Virus record (IMG/VR): IMGVR_UViG_3300042515_002586 | Reading direction: 5' to 3' (one strand) | Length of the DNA stretch: 64,000 nucleotides | From: an uncultured virus (IMG/VR IMGVR_UViG_3300042515_002586) | Taxonomy: Duplodnaviria; Heunggongvirae; Uroviricota; Caudoviricetes | Shown here: positions 50,161-59,198 of the stretch, one piece after another | Position numbering within the stretch: position 1 is the stretch's first letter | How the letters are laid out: each line of letters begins with the position of its first letter | Program-made: the position numbers and the translations under genes | Notes under the pieces: generated by a model | Seen by the model: only the letters and a program-made list of their open reading frames with translations | The model's database searches: none | What the model was told of the DNA's origin: nothing

Positions 50161-50486
50161 TGTTAATACATGTCGGATTTAATAACTTCATACCAGCTGA
50201 TCAAATTGTAGCTATTCTTGATTACAAGGTTCGCGCAATTAAGAAGATAATTAAACTAGTAGAACTTGAAAGACCTACAGCAATCCTTAACCTTACAAAA
50301 GGAAGAAGAGCATTTACTTTAATTGTACTAACAGCTAACAGATACATAATTAGTGCAATACCTGTAATTACAATTGTTAAAAGATATAAAAAAGAACTTA
50401 ACATTGAGGAAGATATAATTGAGGAAAAGACGAACAAAAAAACTGCATGGGTTAAAGAGTCCGATACCTCAACACCCCCTAATTGA
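50160..50486 (+). CDS. remA: RemA/DUF370-like regulator
   Basis: LIHVGFNN....QIVAI, AIKK, T.GRR..TLIV....IISAI match the DUF370 pattern. Confidence 0.8.
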   Translation: MLIHVGFNNFIPADQIVAILDYKVRAIKKIIKLVELERPTAILNLTKGRRAFTLIVLTANRYIISAIPVITIVKRYKKELNIEEDIIEEKTNKKTAWVKESDTSTPPN

Positions 50487-51102
50487 AATAACAGGAACTC
50501 CTGATTGCGGTAAAAGGCTTATTGCACAGCTAATAGCCAAGAAGATTGGCGGGAATGTTGTATGTCTTCCTTTTCTTGATTACGGTAGTTATACTGGAAG
50601 GGCATTGATTGAGATCATGTCCAAAAACCCAAAAAACCTAGAAAAAGAAAAGCATTGGTGGTTCCATATGTATGCCGCAAACATACAGGAAAAAAGGATT
50701 GAAATAGCCAACCTTTTAAAGATAGGTCCTGTTGTAGTTACAAACTATACCACGTCTTGTAAGATATGGGCTAGAGCATGCAGTATTGATAATATGCTGG
50801 GATTCCATAAAGATCTCCCAGTAGTTGATATTGTTTTTGGTTTATATGGAAGAAAATTAAAAACTCCAAATAATTTTGAAGTAGAATTCTCAGAAGAGTT
50901 AGTTGAAAAAATAACTAACATTGTTAGAAATAGAAAAGAACCCAAATACATTAAAGTAGAGCTAAACTCTTCCACCAGACTGTGGGAAGAATTAAATAGA
51001 GTTAGTTCTGTTGTATCAAAACAAATAAAAAATCGTTTTAAAGAGATAGAAATTGATGAATCAATTTTATATAAACCTACACTAGTTATAGACAGAAAAT
51101 AA
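50419..51102 (+). CDS. Degenerate thymidylate-kinase-like P-loop protein
   Basis: LIEITGTPDCGKR, FLDYGSYTG, YAAN..E, VVVTNY..S and LPVVD follow the dTMP kinase layout; TTG start is uncertain. Confidence 0.6.
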   Translation: MRKRRTKKLHGLKSPIPQHPLIEITGTPDCGKRLIAQLIAKKIGGNVVCLPFLDYGSYTGRALIEIMSKNPKNLEKEKHWWFHMYAANIQEKRIEIANLLKIGPVVVTNYTTSCKIWARACSIDNMLGFHKDLPVVDIVFGLYGRKLKTPNNFEVEFSEELVEKITNIVRNRKEPKYIKVELNSSTRLWEELNRVSSVVSKQIKNRFKEIEIDESILYKPTLVIDRK

Positions 51103-51103
51103 C

Positions 51104-51901
51104 ATGGATAATAACAAATTAAGTAATTGCGGTTGGGTAATGCCTATACATAATGCTCCTGATTATGTAGAACGATCTTTATCTTTTATTGTTGAAAACT
51201 ATAGTAATAAGTATGGTATGACAGGTATAACTGTACAAGATGCATCAAACCAAGAAACTTTAGATAGGACAATGGCTGTAATAAAAACTAAAAAAAATGG
51301 TAAATTTTATGGTGTATCGTGGAAACAGCAACAATTATTCACTCGTACTGTTAATATTGGAATAAGAAATTTATACATGTGGGACCCTGAATTAACTCAC
51401 TACTTTATTGTTAATAGTGATTGTGATTTAAAAGAAGGTTGTTTTGAGATGTTATTAAAAGCATTTGAAGATGATCCTACTATTGGTATTGCTGGGTATA
51501 CTGATTCTCCTCAACATGGCGACCCATTATTAACATATGTAGAAGATCCTGGATATGTAACTGGACATATGTTCTGTGTTAAGAAAGAGGTTTTTGAAAC
51601 GATTGGTGTCTTTTGTGAAACTGATTTAGGTGGTCCAACAACCACATACCCAGAGTTTGCACCATTTAAAGGGCTTGCACATATAGGAAGTGATAGACTA
51701 TTTTCTAATGATGCTAGGAAAGCTGGGTTTAAAACAGTATATGTAAATTATCCTGGTGTAGAGCACCAAGCAGGTAAATCATGGAATCATGACCTGGGGT
51801 GGTTAGCCAATTTTAATTTAGAGCTTCTGTGGGAACCTACTAATGAACTAGTTGTCCCTGGCTTACTTGAACCCAAATTTATTGGAGCAATTAATGAATA
51901 A
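51104..51901 (+). CDS. GT2-like (GT-A) glycosyltransferase
   Basis: VMPIHN, FT..VN.GI, NSD (DxD-like), EVFETIGVF.E, VEH...KSW. Confidence 0.8.
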   Translation: MDNNKLSNCGWVMPIHNAPDYVERSLSFIVENYSNKYGMTGITVQDASNQETLDRTMAVIKTKKNGKFYGVSWKQQQLFTRTVNIGIRNLYMWDPELTHYFIVNSDCDLKEGCFEMLLKAFEDDPTIGIAGYTDSPQHGDPLLTYVEDPGYVTGHMFCVKKEVFETIGVFCETDLGGPTTTYPEFAPFKGLAHIGSDRLFSNDARKAGFKTVYVNYPGVEHQAGKSWNHDLGWLANFNLELLWEPTNELVVPGLLEPKFIGAINE

Positions 51902-52763
51902 CGAACTAATTAAATCTTTAACATTCTTTAGTGATGATCTTATTGGTGATGCTATTATGCAGTCACCTACAATTAGGAATTTAAAAATATATCGTCCAGA
52001 CTTAGAAATTAATTATAGGTGTAAAGAAGGTAGTGTAAGTTCCCTAATTCATTCAAGAAATCCTTACATTGATAATATTTTAATTGGTGATAAACAAGAA
52101 TCAGATGTAGTTTTAAGTTGTGTTAAAGCAATGGATGTTGGTTTACAAGCACACGTACCTATGATAGACGCGTTTGCTTCACAATTAAGTATTCCTTTAA
52201 TCAATAAGGATTATATTTATGTTCCGACACAAGAAGATTTAGATGCCGCAAAACAAATCTTTGAAACAGAATTAGGTGGTAAACCATTTATTTTAATTGG
52301 CAGACATAGTTGGTCATGTACTTCACATAATGACGACCAAGGAAACAAACCAAACAAGTGTTTTAGTAATATGTACTGGAAACAGATTGCAGATTATTTG
52401 AATGGAATGGGAATTATACCTGTAGCAGTGGGATCATTAAAAGAACTTGAAGAAGATAGGTTTAGTGATTGGAACTATACAAAAATGTACGGTAAGCCTA
52501 TTGAACATATAGCTGCTTTAATGACTTTATCTAATGGTGTGTTAAGTGTTGATACAGGACTAAGATTCTTAGCGGCTGCTGTGGGTGCAAATTTCCTTGT
52601 TATTTCATGTGCTTTACCTAATTGGTTAGTATCAGCAAAACCACAATTTCCAAATCAACTAGGAATTGAACTTAATATGCCAGTTACAAATATTGATGTT
52701 AACTTTATTACACCTTTACTTAAACCATTATTTGGGGGTTCAAATGAATATAACACTGGATAA
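51894..52763 (+). CDS. GT9 (heptosyltransferase-like) glycosyltransferase
   Basis: IGDAIM..P.IR.LK, NPYID, SVDTGL.FLAAAVG; ATG at 51894 with GGAG SD. Confidence 0.85.
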   Translation: MNNELIKSLTFFSDDLIGDAIMQSPTIRNLKIYRPDLEINYRCKEGSVSSLIHSRNPYIDNILIGDKQESDVVLSCVKAMDVGLQAHVPMIDAFASQLSIPLINKDYIYVPTQEDLDAAKQIFETELGGKPFILIGRHSWSCTSHNDDQGNKPNKCFSNMYWKQIADYLNGMGIIPVAVGSLKELEEDRFSDWNYTKMYGKPIEHIAALMTLSNGVLSVDTGLRFLAAAVGANFLVISCALPNWLVSAKPQFPNQLGIELNMPVTNIDVNFITPLLKPLFGGSNEYNTG

Positions 52764-53133
52764 AATTGGCTGTAACGATAGTGCTTTAAAGAATATACAC
52801 AAAAAGCTTAACACTTCTTTAAATTATACTGAGTGGGTTCATTTTGTGACAACACAAAAGTTCTCTTATGTAGTAAAAATAGATGGAAAAGTTCAGGGGG
52901 CTATGTTTATAACTCCTATTGATTCTCCTAATACTGTAGTTGCTAGTTGTTATGTATCTTCTGATGATTATAACAAAGATATTATTCCACTCTTAATTGG
53001 CTCAACCAAAGCAATTGAATATGGTTCAATTAATAAAATTTATCTAGAGTCAAACAATTTAAATTTCCTCAAACAAGTTTCAGATCAATATAAAACAAAT
53101 ACAAGAAATAATTACTTAGAGGTAAATATATAA
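52744..53133 (+). CDS. Hypothetical protein, possibly a degenerate GNAT fold
   Basis: ATG at 52744 with GGGGG SD; YVVKIDGKVQG and CYVSSDD resemble GNAT strands. Confidence 0.45.
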   Translation: MNITLDKIGCNDSALKNIHKKLNTSLNYTEWVHFVTTQKFSYVVKIDGKVQGAMFITPIDSPNTVVASCYVSSDDYNKDIIPLLIGSTKAIEYGSINKIYLESNNLNFLKQVSDQYKTNTRNNYLEVNI

Positions 53134-54413
53134 TGAGCATTGGCTGGGATACTGAATATTGGAGACCACAACTCGGTTCCTGTGGTGAGAATGTTTATAT
53201 CGGTAAAAACGTGATTTTTACTAATCCAAGTAAAGTTTTTCTTGGTAATAATGTACGAATTGATCCTTTTACTTTGATAACAACAGGATTAAAGACAGGA
53301 GACAATATACAAATAACCAGCCACTGTGTGCTCGGGGGTGGAAATCAACATACAATAACTTTAGGTAACTGGACTTTTATTGGTTATGGTTCAAAGTTAT
53401 TTTGTGCTTCCGAAGATTATAGTGGGGACTTTGGACCTGTTAATGAGTTTTGGGGTAGTAACAAAATAAACAGAGGAGATATTACATTTGAAGATTACTC
53501 TGGAGTTGCAAGTGATGTAATTGTAATGCCAAATGTTACACTACCTATTGGGTGTACAATTGGTGCAAAATCTTTTGTATATACTAAAAATCAATTAACT
53601 CCTTGGAGTATTTGGTTTGGTAACCCAATAAAACACATAAAAGATAGAAACAAAGAAAATATTTTAAAAACTTCTAAGAATAATAATGCTAAATGTTGTA
53701 AAGTTATTGTAACGTACTTTGGTTCAAGAAGACCAAGAAATAACAATACCACCACACCCGAGAATACATTGGAGTTACTGAAACACCATATTGATACAGA
53801 TGAACAAATTGATCCTGGCGTCAGTTGTGATACAATTATAATTAACAATCAAGCTGGATTTCACGAAGGTAATTTGTACGTTGATTCTTTAAATAACACA
53901 AATTCAAAAAATGGAAAGTATTTGTGTTACACCAGAGAAAACACAGGTGGGTCATTTGCTGGGTATAATTTTGCTTATCAAAAACATAAGAATGATTATG
54001 ATTACTTTTGTTTCTTAGAGGATGATGTTATTATTACGAGAGAGGGTGTGTTTAAAGAAGCAATTAATCTTTTAGAATCTTCCCCTAATATCGGATTTGT
54101 AAGTTTAGCCCCTATAGTTTCTTGTGTTGGAGGAATGCACTCTGGTGGGGGTTGTGGCTATGCTTCGACTAAAAATTTAAATATTATTTCTAAAGAAACA
54201 GGTTCTTTACCACATAACAACAATACTAGCTATGGAGACTTTGAATATATTGAACAAAAATTTACGTCTATATACTACCAACACGGTATGACAATAGAAA
54301 ATCTTAGGGGAGTGTCCCCACTTTGTTCTAATTACATGTCTCACGAATCACAATGCAACCACATACACAATTTTGATTTAACATTACCACACATATATAA
54401 AGTAGGATTTTAA
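53133..54413 (+). CDS. Hexapeptide (left-handed beta-helix) acyltransferase fused to a GT-A-like domain
   Basis: GENVYIG, LGNNVRID, IGAKSFV and GNP.K.IK.R, then REN.GGSFAGY and FLEDDV. Confidence 0.8.
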   Translation: MSIGWDTEYWRPQLGSCGENVYIGKNVIFTNPSKVFLGNNVRIDPFTLITTGLKTGDNIQITSHCVLGGGNQHTITLGNWTFIGYGSKLFCASEDYSGDFGPVNEFWGSNKINRGDITFEDYSGVASDVIVMPNVTLPIGCTIGAKSFVYTKNQLTPWSIWFGNPIKHIKDRNKENILKTSKNNNAKCCKVIVTYFGSRRPRNNNTTTPENTLELLKHHIDTDEQIDPGVSCDTIIINNQAGFHEGNLYVDSLNNTNSKNGKYLCYTRENTGGSFAGYNFAYQKHKNDYDYFCFLEDDVIITREGVFKEAINLLESSPNIGFVSLAPIVSCVGGMHSGGGCGYASTKNLNIISKETGSLPHNNNTSYGDFEYIEQKFTSIYYQHGMTIENLRGVSPLCSNYMSHESQCNHIHNFDLTLPHIYKVGF

Positions 54414-54414
54414 T

Positions 54415-55329
54415 ATGAAGAATTATAATATAGACCCAGAAGCACTAAACATTCCTTGGGTAGAATCACCATTTTTTGAAACCCTTCTACAAGTAAAACT
54501 AGAAGAAGAAAAACAAAAAAACACGACTAACGTTGATATTAAAGAATTAGAGAAAATAGCTAGAAACTTTAACTCTGATGGGTATGCTGTAATTGATTTA
54601 GATCTAGAGGAAACTTTTATTGATGACTTAGTTTTAGAGTTAGACAATAAACTCATGGAAGGTGCAGTAAAAACTCAAGAAGGTCATTTCCATTATAACG
54701 ATGGCCCAAGAATTTTTGAGGCTTGGAAGTGGAACCAAAACGTTTTAAATCTTGCAAAAAATGCCAGAGCTATGAGCATAATTGAGTTTTTATATGGGAG
54801 ACCAGCTATGCCATTCCAAACAATTAATTTTAAGTTAGGTAGTAATCAGCCGACCCACTCTGATCATTGTCATTTTGCTTCTATGCCACATAGGTGGGTG
54901 TGTGGTTTTTGGACTGCCTTAGAAGATATCGGTCCAGAACAGGGTCCTTTAGTTTATTACCCTAAATCACATAAAGAACCTATATTTGAGTTTCAAGATT
55001 TAAACATGGCTCACACAGAATATAAACAAGAGAAAGATAACTATACTGAATACGAGAACTTTGTTTCTAGTTTGATTAAAGCTAAACAATATAAACAAGA
55101 ACAGTTTTTAGGTAAGAAAGGTTCTGCACTAATATGGGCCGCAAATCTTTTGCATGGTGGGTCAGAAATCACAAATCCAGAAAGCACAAGATGGAGCCAG
55201 GCTACTCACGTTGCTTTTGATGATTCAAAATTAAAATACTATACTCCTTTTTATTCTGATTATCGAGAAGGACACTACGTACTAAAAGATGTTAAATCTA
55301 AAAATATAAGAGACTATGAATTACATTAA
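54415..55329 (+). CDS. Phytanoyl-CoA dioxygenase (PhyH)-family Fe(II)/2OG oxygenase
   Basis: HSD (HxD), WTALEDI..EQGPL.YYP.SH, LLHGGS and R.SQ. Confidence 0.9.
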   Translation: MKNYNIDPEALNIPWVESPFFETLLQVKLEEEKQKNTTNVDIKELEKIARNFNSDGYAVIDLDLEETFIDDLVLELDNKLMEGAVKTQEGHFHYNDGPRIFEAWKWNQNVLNLAKNARAMSIIEFLYGRPAMPFQTINFKLGSNQPTHSDHCHFASMPHRWVCGFWTALEDIGPEQGPLVYYPKSHKEPIFEFQDLNMAHTEYKQEKDNYTEYENFVSSLIKAKQYKQEQFLGKKGSALIWAANLLHGGSEITNPESTRWSQATHVAFDDSKLKYYTPFYSDYREGHYVLKDVKSKNIRDYELH

Positions 55330-55456
55330 TTGGTTGGGTCAAATAAAATTAGCAGAAACTTTCTGGGAACTACAGTCAGCTACAATTCAGAATACAAACA
55401 TTCCTTTATGGATCACTGAGTTCGATCCTAAATACGGGGAGTTTTATAATGACTAA
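55316..55456 (+). CDS. Small hypothetical protein (46 aa, not in the ORF track)
   Basis: MNYINWLGQIKLAETFWELQ...EFYND; overlaps both neighbours and fills the gap. Confidence 0.55.
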   Translation: MNYINWLGQIKLAETFWELQSATIQNTNIPLWITEFDPKYGEFYND

Positions 55457-56072
55457 ACGACTTCTTCTAGTTGGGGGTACGGGCGGATTAGGAAAACAAG
55501 TTTACGATATTCTTAAAGACAAATATCATGTAGATTCTTTTGGATCAGATATGAGTATTCAAGAACCATTAAAGATGGGACTAGACTATGACATTGTAAT
55601 CAACCTTGCAACGATCAATATTGATGGTCTATTTACAAATTTAATGGATTCAGATATTGAGAAAATGATTCAAGTAAATGTTATTGGTCACTCTCATGTT
55701 TGTGCTGCTTGTATACCTTACATGAAACTTAAAGGGTATGGTAGAATTATTTATATCTCGTCTATATTAGGAGATAATCCAATTAAAGGTACATCTATCT
55801 ATGCCGCAGGTAAGAAGTTTTGTGAAACTCTTACTAGGACAATTGGATTAGAAAATGCTAAATATGGTATAACTGCAAACTCAATTGCTCTTGGTTACTT
55901 TAATGGTGGTCTTACAAACAAAGTACCTGAAAAGATTCTTGAAAAAGTATTATCAACTAATCCATTAAAAAGACTAGGAAATGTAGAAGAAATTTGTAAT
56001 GCAATTGAATTTATTGTAAACACAGAGTACTTTAATGCATCTACACTAAAATTAGATGGTGGACAATGTTAA
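55449..56072 (+). CDS. Short-chain dehydrogenase/reductase (FabG-like)
   Basis: GGTGGLG, ISS, YAAGK, N.IALGYF and P.KRLG. Confidence 0.92.
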   Translation: MTKRLLLVGGTGGLGKQVYDILKDKYHVDSFGSDMSIQEPLKMGLDYDIVINLATINIDGLFTNLMDSDIEKMIQVNVIGHSHVCAACIPYMKLKGYGRIIYISSILGDNPIKGTSIYAAGKKFCETLTRTIGLENAKYGITANSIALGYFNGGLTNKVPEKILEKVLSTNPLKRLGNVEEICNAIEFIVNTEYFNASTLKLDGGQC

Positions 56073-56779
56073 AATTTTTAATTTGTTTAGTTTATTTTGA
56101 GAGACCCAAAATGTTTCTAAATGCTCTAGAGTCCATAAGAGATCAAACATATAAAAATTGGCGATTAGTATTTATTGATGACGGTTCTACTAACAAAGGT
56201 AGACCAATTGTAGAAGAAGTTTTAAAAGATTACCTTGATCAAATTGAGTTTATCTACATTGAAGATAGTATTGAACAAAAAGAAACACAGGGCGGTAGTA
56301 GACATGGTTTGTTTATGACTGAAGCTATAAGATCTTCTACAGAAGATGTATTTATTTGTTTGTGTGACGATGATGCACTTCTTCCAGACTATTTAGAAAA
56401 CCTCAATAAATTTTATACAGACAATCCTAATATAAACTATTCTTATTCACATATAATTCCATTTGACCCGTATATAGAAACTTATCGAGAATTAGTAGAT
56501 AATAATATAACTAGAGGTCATGGATTAAACCACACCCATAATTTAATACCAAGTTGTACAGTTGATTCTACGCAAGTAAGTTATAGGATAAATGCTTTTA
56601 ATGATAATCAATTACACTACCCACAAGGGACAAGAAATTTAGATGCATCTATATATGATCAATTATATAATTCTTTAGGTTTATGTCCTTTTAATTCAAT
56701 TACCTCCCAGTACAAAGCATTTTTTAGTGACCAACTAGGTGGAAGAACTAACACATATAATGTAGTAGACAAACAATAA
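56066..56779 (+). CDS. GT2 glycosyltransferase
   Basis: ALESI..QTY.NW.L..IDDGS and LCDDD. Confidence 0.9.
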   Translation: MLKFLICLVYFERPKMFLNALESIRDQTYKNWRLVFIDDGSTNKGRPIVEEVLKDYLDQIEFIYIEDSIEQKETQGGSRHGLFMTEAIRSSTEDVFICLCDDDALLPDYLENLNKFYTDNPNINYSYSHIIPFDPYIETYRELVDNNITRGHGLNHTHNLIPSCTVDSTQVSYRINAFNDNQLHYPQGTRNLDASIYDQLYNSLGLCPFNSITSQYKAFFSDQLGGRTNTYNVVDKQ

Positions 56780-57846
56780 TGATACCACTATTTAAAGTTA
56801 ACATGAATTCTAGAAGTAAATTACTTAATCAAGTAATTAAGTCTGGATATATTGGACAAGGAAAAGTTGTTGAAGAATTTGAAGAAGCTTTCTATGCTTT
56901 GAATCCAAACCTTCCTGTTAAACCATTATCTGTTAACTCTTGTACAAGTGCAATAACAATGGCTTTGACTCTTTGTGGGGTTGAACCAGGAACACAAGTT
57001 ATATCAACTGCACAGACCTGCACCGCCTCAAACCTACCTGTTCTTCACCATTACGCAAGCATTATATGGGCAGACATTAATGAGTTTGGGTTGATTGATC
57101 CAGAAGATGTTGGAAGGAAAATAACTCCAGAAACCAAAGCAATTATTGCTGTTGATTGGGCAGGAAGATTTTGTGATTACAACGCTTTAAAGAAGTTTGG
57201 TATTCCTATTATTCAAGATGCCGCACATTGCCTGTACGTTGATCCTGATAACTGTGGCGACTACATTTGCTGGAGCTTCCAAGCAATTAAATTCTTAACT
57301 ACTGTAGATGGTGGTGCATTAATGGTTCCACAAGATAAGTATGAAAATGCCAAGCTTATGAGATGGTTTGGATTAAATCGTGATGCAAACGAATCCTTCC
57401 GCTGTAAACAAGATATTAAAATTCCAGGATACAAATTTCAACCACATGATGTCGGTTCAGCTATTGGTTTAGGAAATATTGAAAATGCTAAGAAAGCAGT
57501 TGTCAAATCAAGAAAAAATGCTAAATACTATTGTGATAAGATTACAAACTCAGATGTTATTTTACATGAGTATGATCCAACATGTAATTATTGGATTTAT
57601 ACACTACAATTAAAAAATCAAAAACTCAGGGATGGGTTTATTGATTACATGAAAATCAATGGTGTATCAACTTCACAAGTCCACGCAAGAAACGACAAAC
57701 ACACAGTCTTTAAAGATTCTAAGATTGACCTTCCAAATACAGAATATTTTGACAAAACTCAAATATCAATACCAAATGGTTTCTGGGTAACAAAAGAGCA
57801 AAGAAAAGAAATTGTAAGGTTAATTAATGAGTTCAAAATGGATTAA
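56779..57846 (+). CDS. DegT/DnrJ/EryC1/StrS PLP-dependent sugar aminotransferase
   Basis: NSCTSA, QDAAH and SFQAIKFLTTVDGG (catalytic Lys). Confidence 0.95.
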   Translation: MIPLFKVNMNSRSKLLNQVIKSGYIGQGKVVEEFEEAFYALNPNLPVKPLSVNSCTSAITMALTLCGVEPGTQVISTAQTCTASNLPVLHHYASIIWADINEFGLIDPEDVGRKITPETKAIIAVDWAGRFCDYNALKKFGIPIIQDAAHCLYVDPDNCGDYICWSFQAIKFLTTVDGGALMVPQDKYENAKLMRWFGLNRDANESFRCKQDIKIPGYKFQPHDVGSAIGLGNIENAKKAVVKSRKNAKYYCDKITNSDVILHEYDPTCNYWIYTLQLKNQKLRDGFIDYMKINGVSTSQVHARNDKHTVFKDSKIDLPNTEYFDKTQISIPNGFWVTKEQRKEIVRLINEFKMD

Positions 57847-58036
57847 TACTAAACTTGGTTATATAAATCTAGCCAATATAAAGAATAGTATTGACAGAGA
57901 AAAATGTGCTGTCCATGAGTGGATGGAATATAACTCAGCTTATTACGAGTATAAATATTTTTTAACCTACCCAAAAGGTAGAAAGAAAGCAAAATATTTA
58001 TTACAACTAGATAGTGATATAGTGATGTGCGTGTAG
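57827..58036 (+). CDS. Small hypothetical protein
   Basis: 69 aa, fills the gap. Confidence 0.55.
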   Translation: MSSKWINTKLGYINLANIKNSIDREKCAVHEWMEYNSAYYEYKYFLTYPKGRKKAKYLLQLDSDIVMCV

Positions 58037-58037
58037 T

Positions 58038-58508
58038 ATGACTAATAAAGATTTAATTAAAAAATACATTGAACCAAACGTATGGATTGGTTCAGTAAAG
58101 GTAGACGGGGGTTGGGGAAACAAGCAAAAACTACATAAGTACAACTCAGAAGACCCTGCTCTTTATGTTGATTCAGATATGATCTTTTCACCAATTAGTG
58201 ATTCAATTAAAGTACCAAGTAATAAAATTGATTCCGATCCTGTAAACTTTGTTACTGTTAATGAAAGATACTATGTCGCATTTGTTGGAAAAAATTATAA
58301 AAAGCTCCTACAGTATATTAATGAAGTAGGTAAATTATGTGAAGAATGTGTATGGGAATTACAAGCATTAGATAAAGAAACTAACAAACCTGGTACACTA
58401 AGAATTACAATACTAAAGGAAAAAGACAAACACATCTTCAAAGTACTAGAAGGACAATACTCACCAGACTTTTCTAATCCAAAAACAATTGCTGGGTGGT
58501 CTGAATAA
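58038..58508 (+). CDS. Hypothetical protein
   Basis: 156 aa, contiguous with neighbours. Confidence 0.7.
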   Translation: MTNKDLIKKYIEPNVWIGSVKVDGGWGNKQKLHKYNSEDPALYVDSDMIFSPISDSIKVPSNKIDSDPVNFVTVNERYYVAFVGKNYKKLLQYINEVGKLCEECVWELQALDKETNKPGTLRITILKEKDKHIFKVLEGQYSPDFSNPKTIAGWSE

Positions 58509-58645
58509 TGGAAGAAATTAAATTTATAGGGTTAGATGGTAACCTTGAAAGCACCAAAATCATAGAAGAAGAAATTACTAAAGCACAAGAGAAAAAGAAG
58601 AAGAAAAGGAATAATAAAGATGACGATTCAAGAAAGACTAAATAA
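58508..58645 (+). CDS. Small charged hypothetical protein (45 aa, not in the ORF track)
   Basis: TAATG-coupled MEEIKFIGLDGNLESTKIIEEE...KKKKKR... Confidence 0.55.
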   Translation: MEEIKFIGLDGNLESTKIIEEEITKAQEKKKKKRNNKDDDSRKTK

Positions 58646-59198
58646 TTTTGCCCTTTACAAGTTAACAGAAGACGAACAAGAAGAGGCACTTAGAAAAGAC
58701 TTACAAGGCATTATTGTAGCCACTCTTGCTCAAAACGATGCAGTTGTAAGTATTACTGCACATGAAGCTTTTATTGCACCTTTAATGAAAGCACTTCAAA
58801 AGTTGACTCTCCCAGAAAACTTTGATACTGGTAGTCCTAACGTTACTTGGGAAGATGCTAATGAAGAATTTCAAAAGTATTGTGACAAGATTGCAATTAG
58901 AAGTTTGACAAATGAAGAGTTAGAATCATTTGGTTCTGAGGCTTTAGCTAATTTAGAAGATAGTCAACTCTTTATTCAAGTACTTAGATCTTCAGAGAAG
59001 TTGAACTATGCTCTTGATTCCTTCTTAGAATCTTCTGGAACCATTGCTAAACTTACAAAAGCAAGGCTTCCTTTCCAACCAACAATCCAAGAAAAGAGAT
59101 TCCTTGCTATGTTGGTCGCACTCCTTGCACCAGTAGTTGAAAAAGAAAGTGATGTACTTGTTGGTACAGTAATGGACGGAATGCATAATGGGTTTTAA
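58620..59198 (+). CDS. Hypothetical helical protein
   Basis: 192 aa, contiguous with neighbours. Confidence 0.7.
   Translation: MTIQERLNNFALYKLTEDEQEEALRKDLQGIIVATLAQNDAVVSITAHEAFIAPLMKALQKLTLPENFDTGSPNVTWEDANEEFQKYCDKIAIRSLTNEELESFGSEALANLEDSQLFIQVLRSSEKLNYALDSFLESSGTIAKLTKARLPFQPTIQEKRFLAMLVALLAPVVEKESDVLVGTVMDGMHNGF

Noticed and set aside
54415..55329. TET/JBP-type DNA base hydroxylase
   Set aside because: The motifs match the PhyH family, and no DNA methylase or other clear base-modification gene is adjacent
55410..55430. GTTCGATCC resembling a tRNA T-loop
   Set aside because: The flanks (CTGAG / CTAAA) do not form a T-stem, no cloverleaf is visible, and it lies within a plausible small ORF
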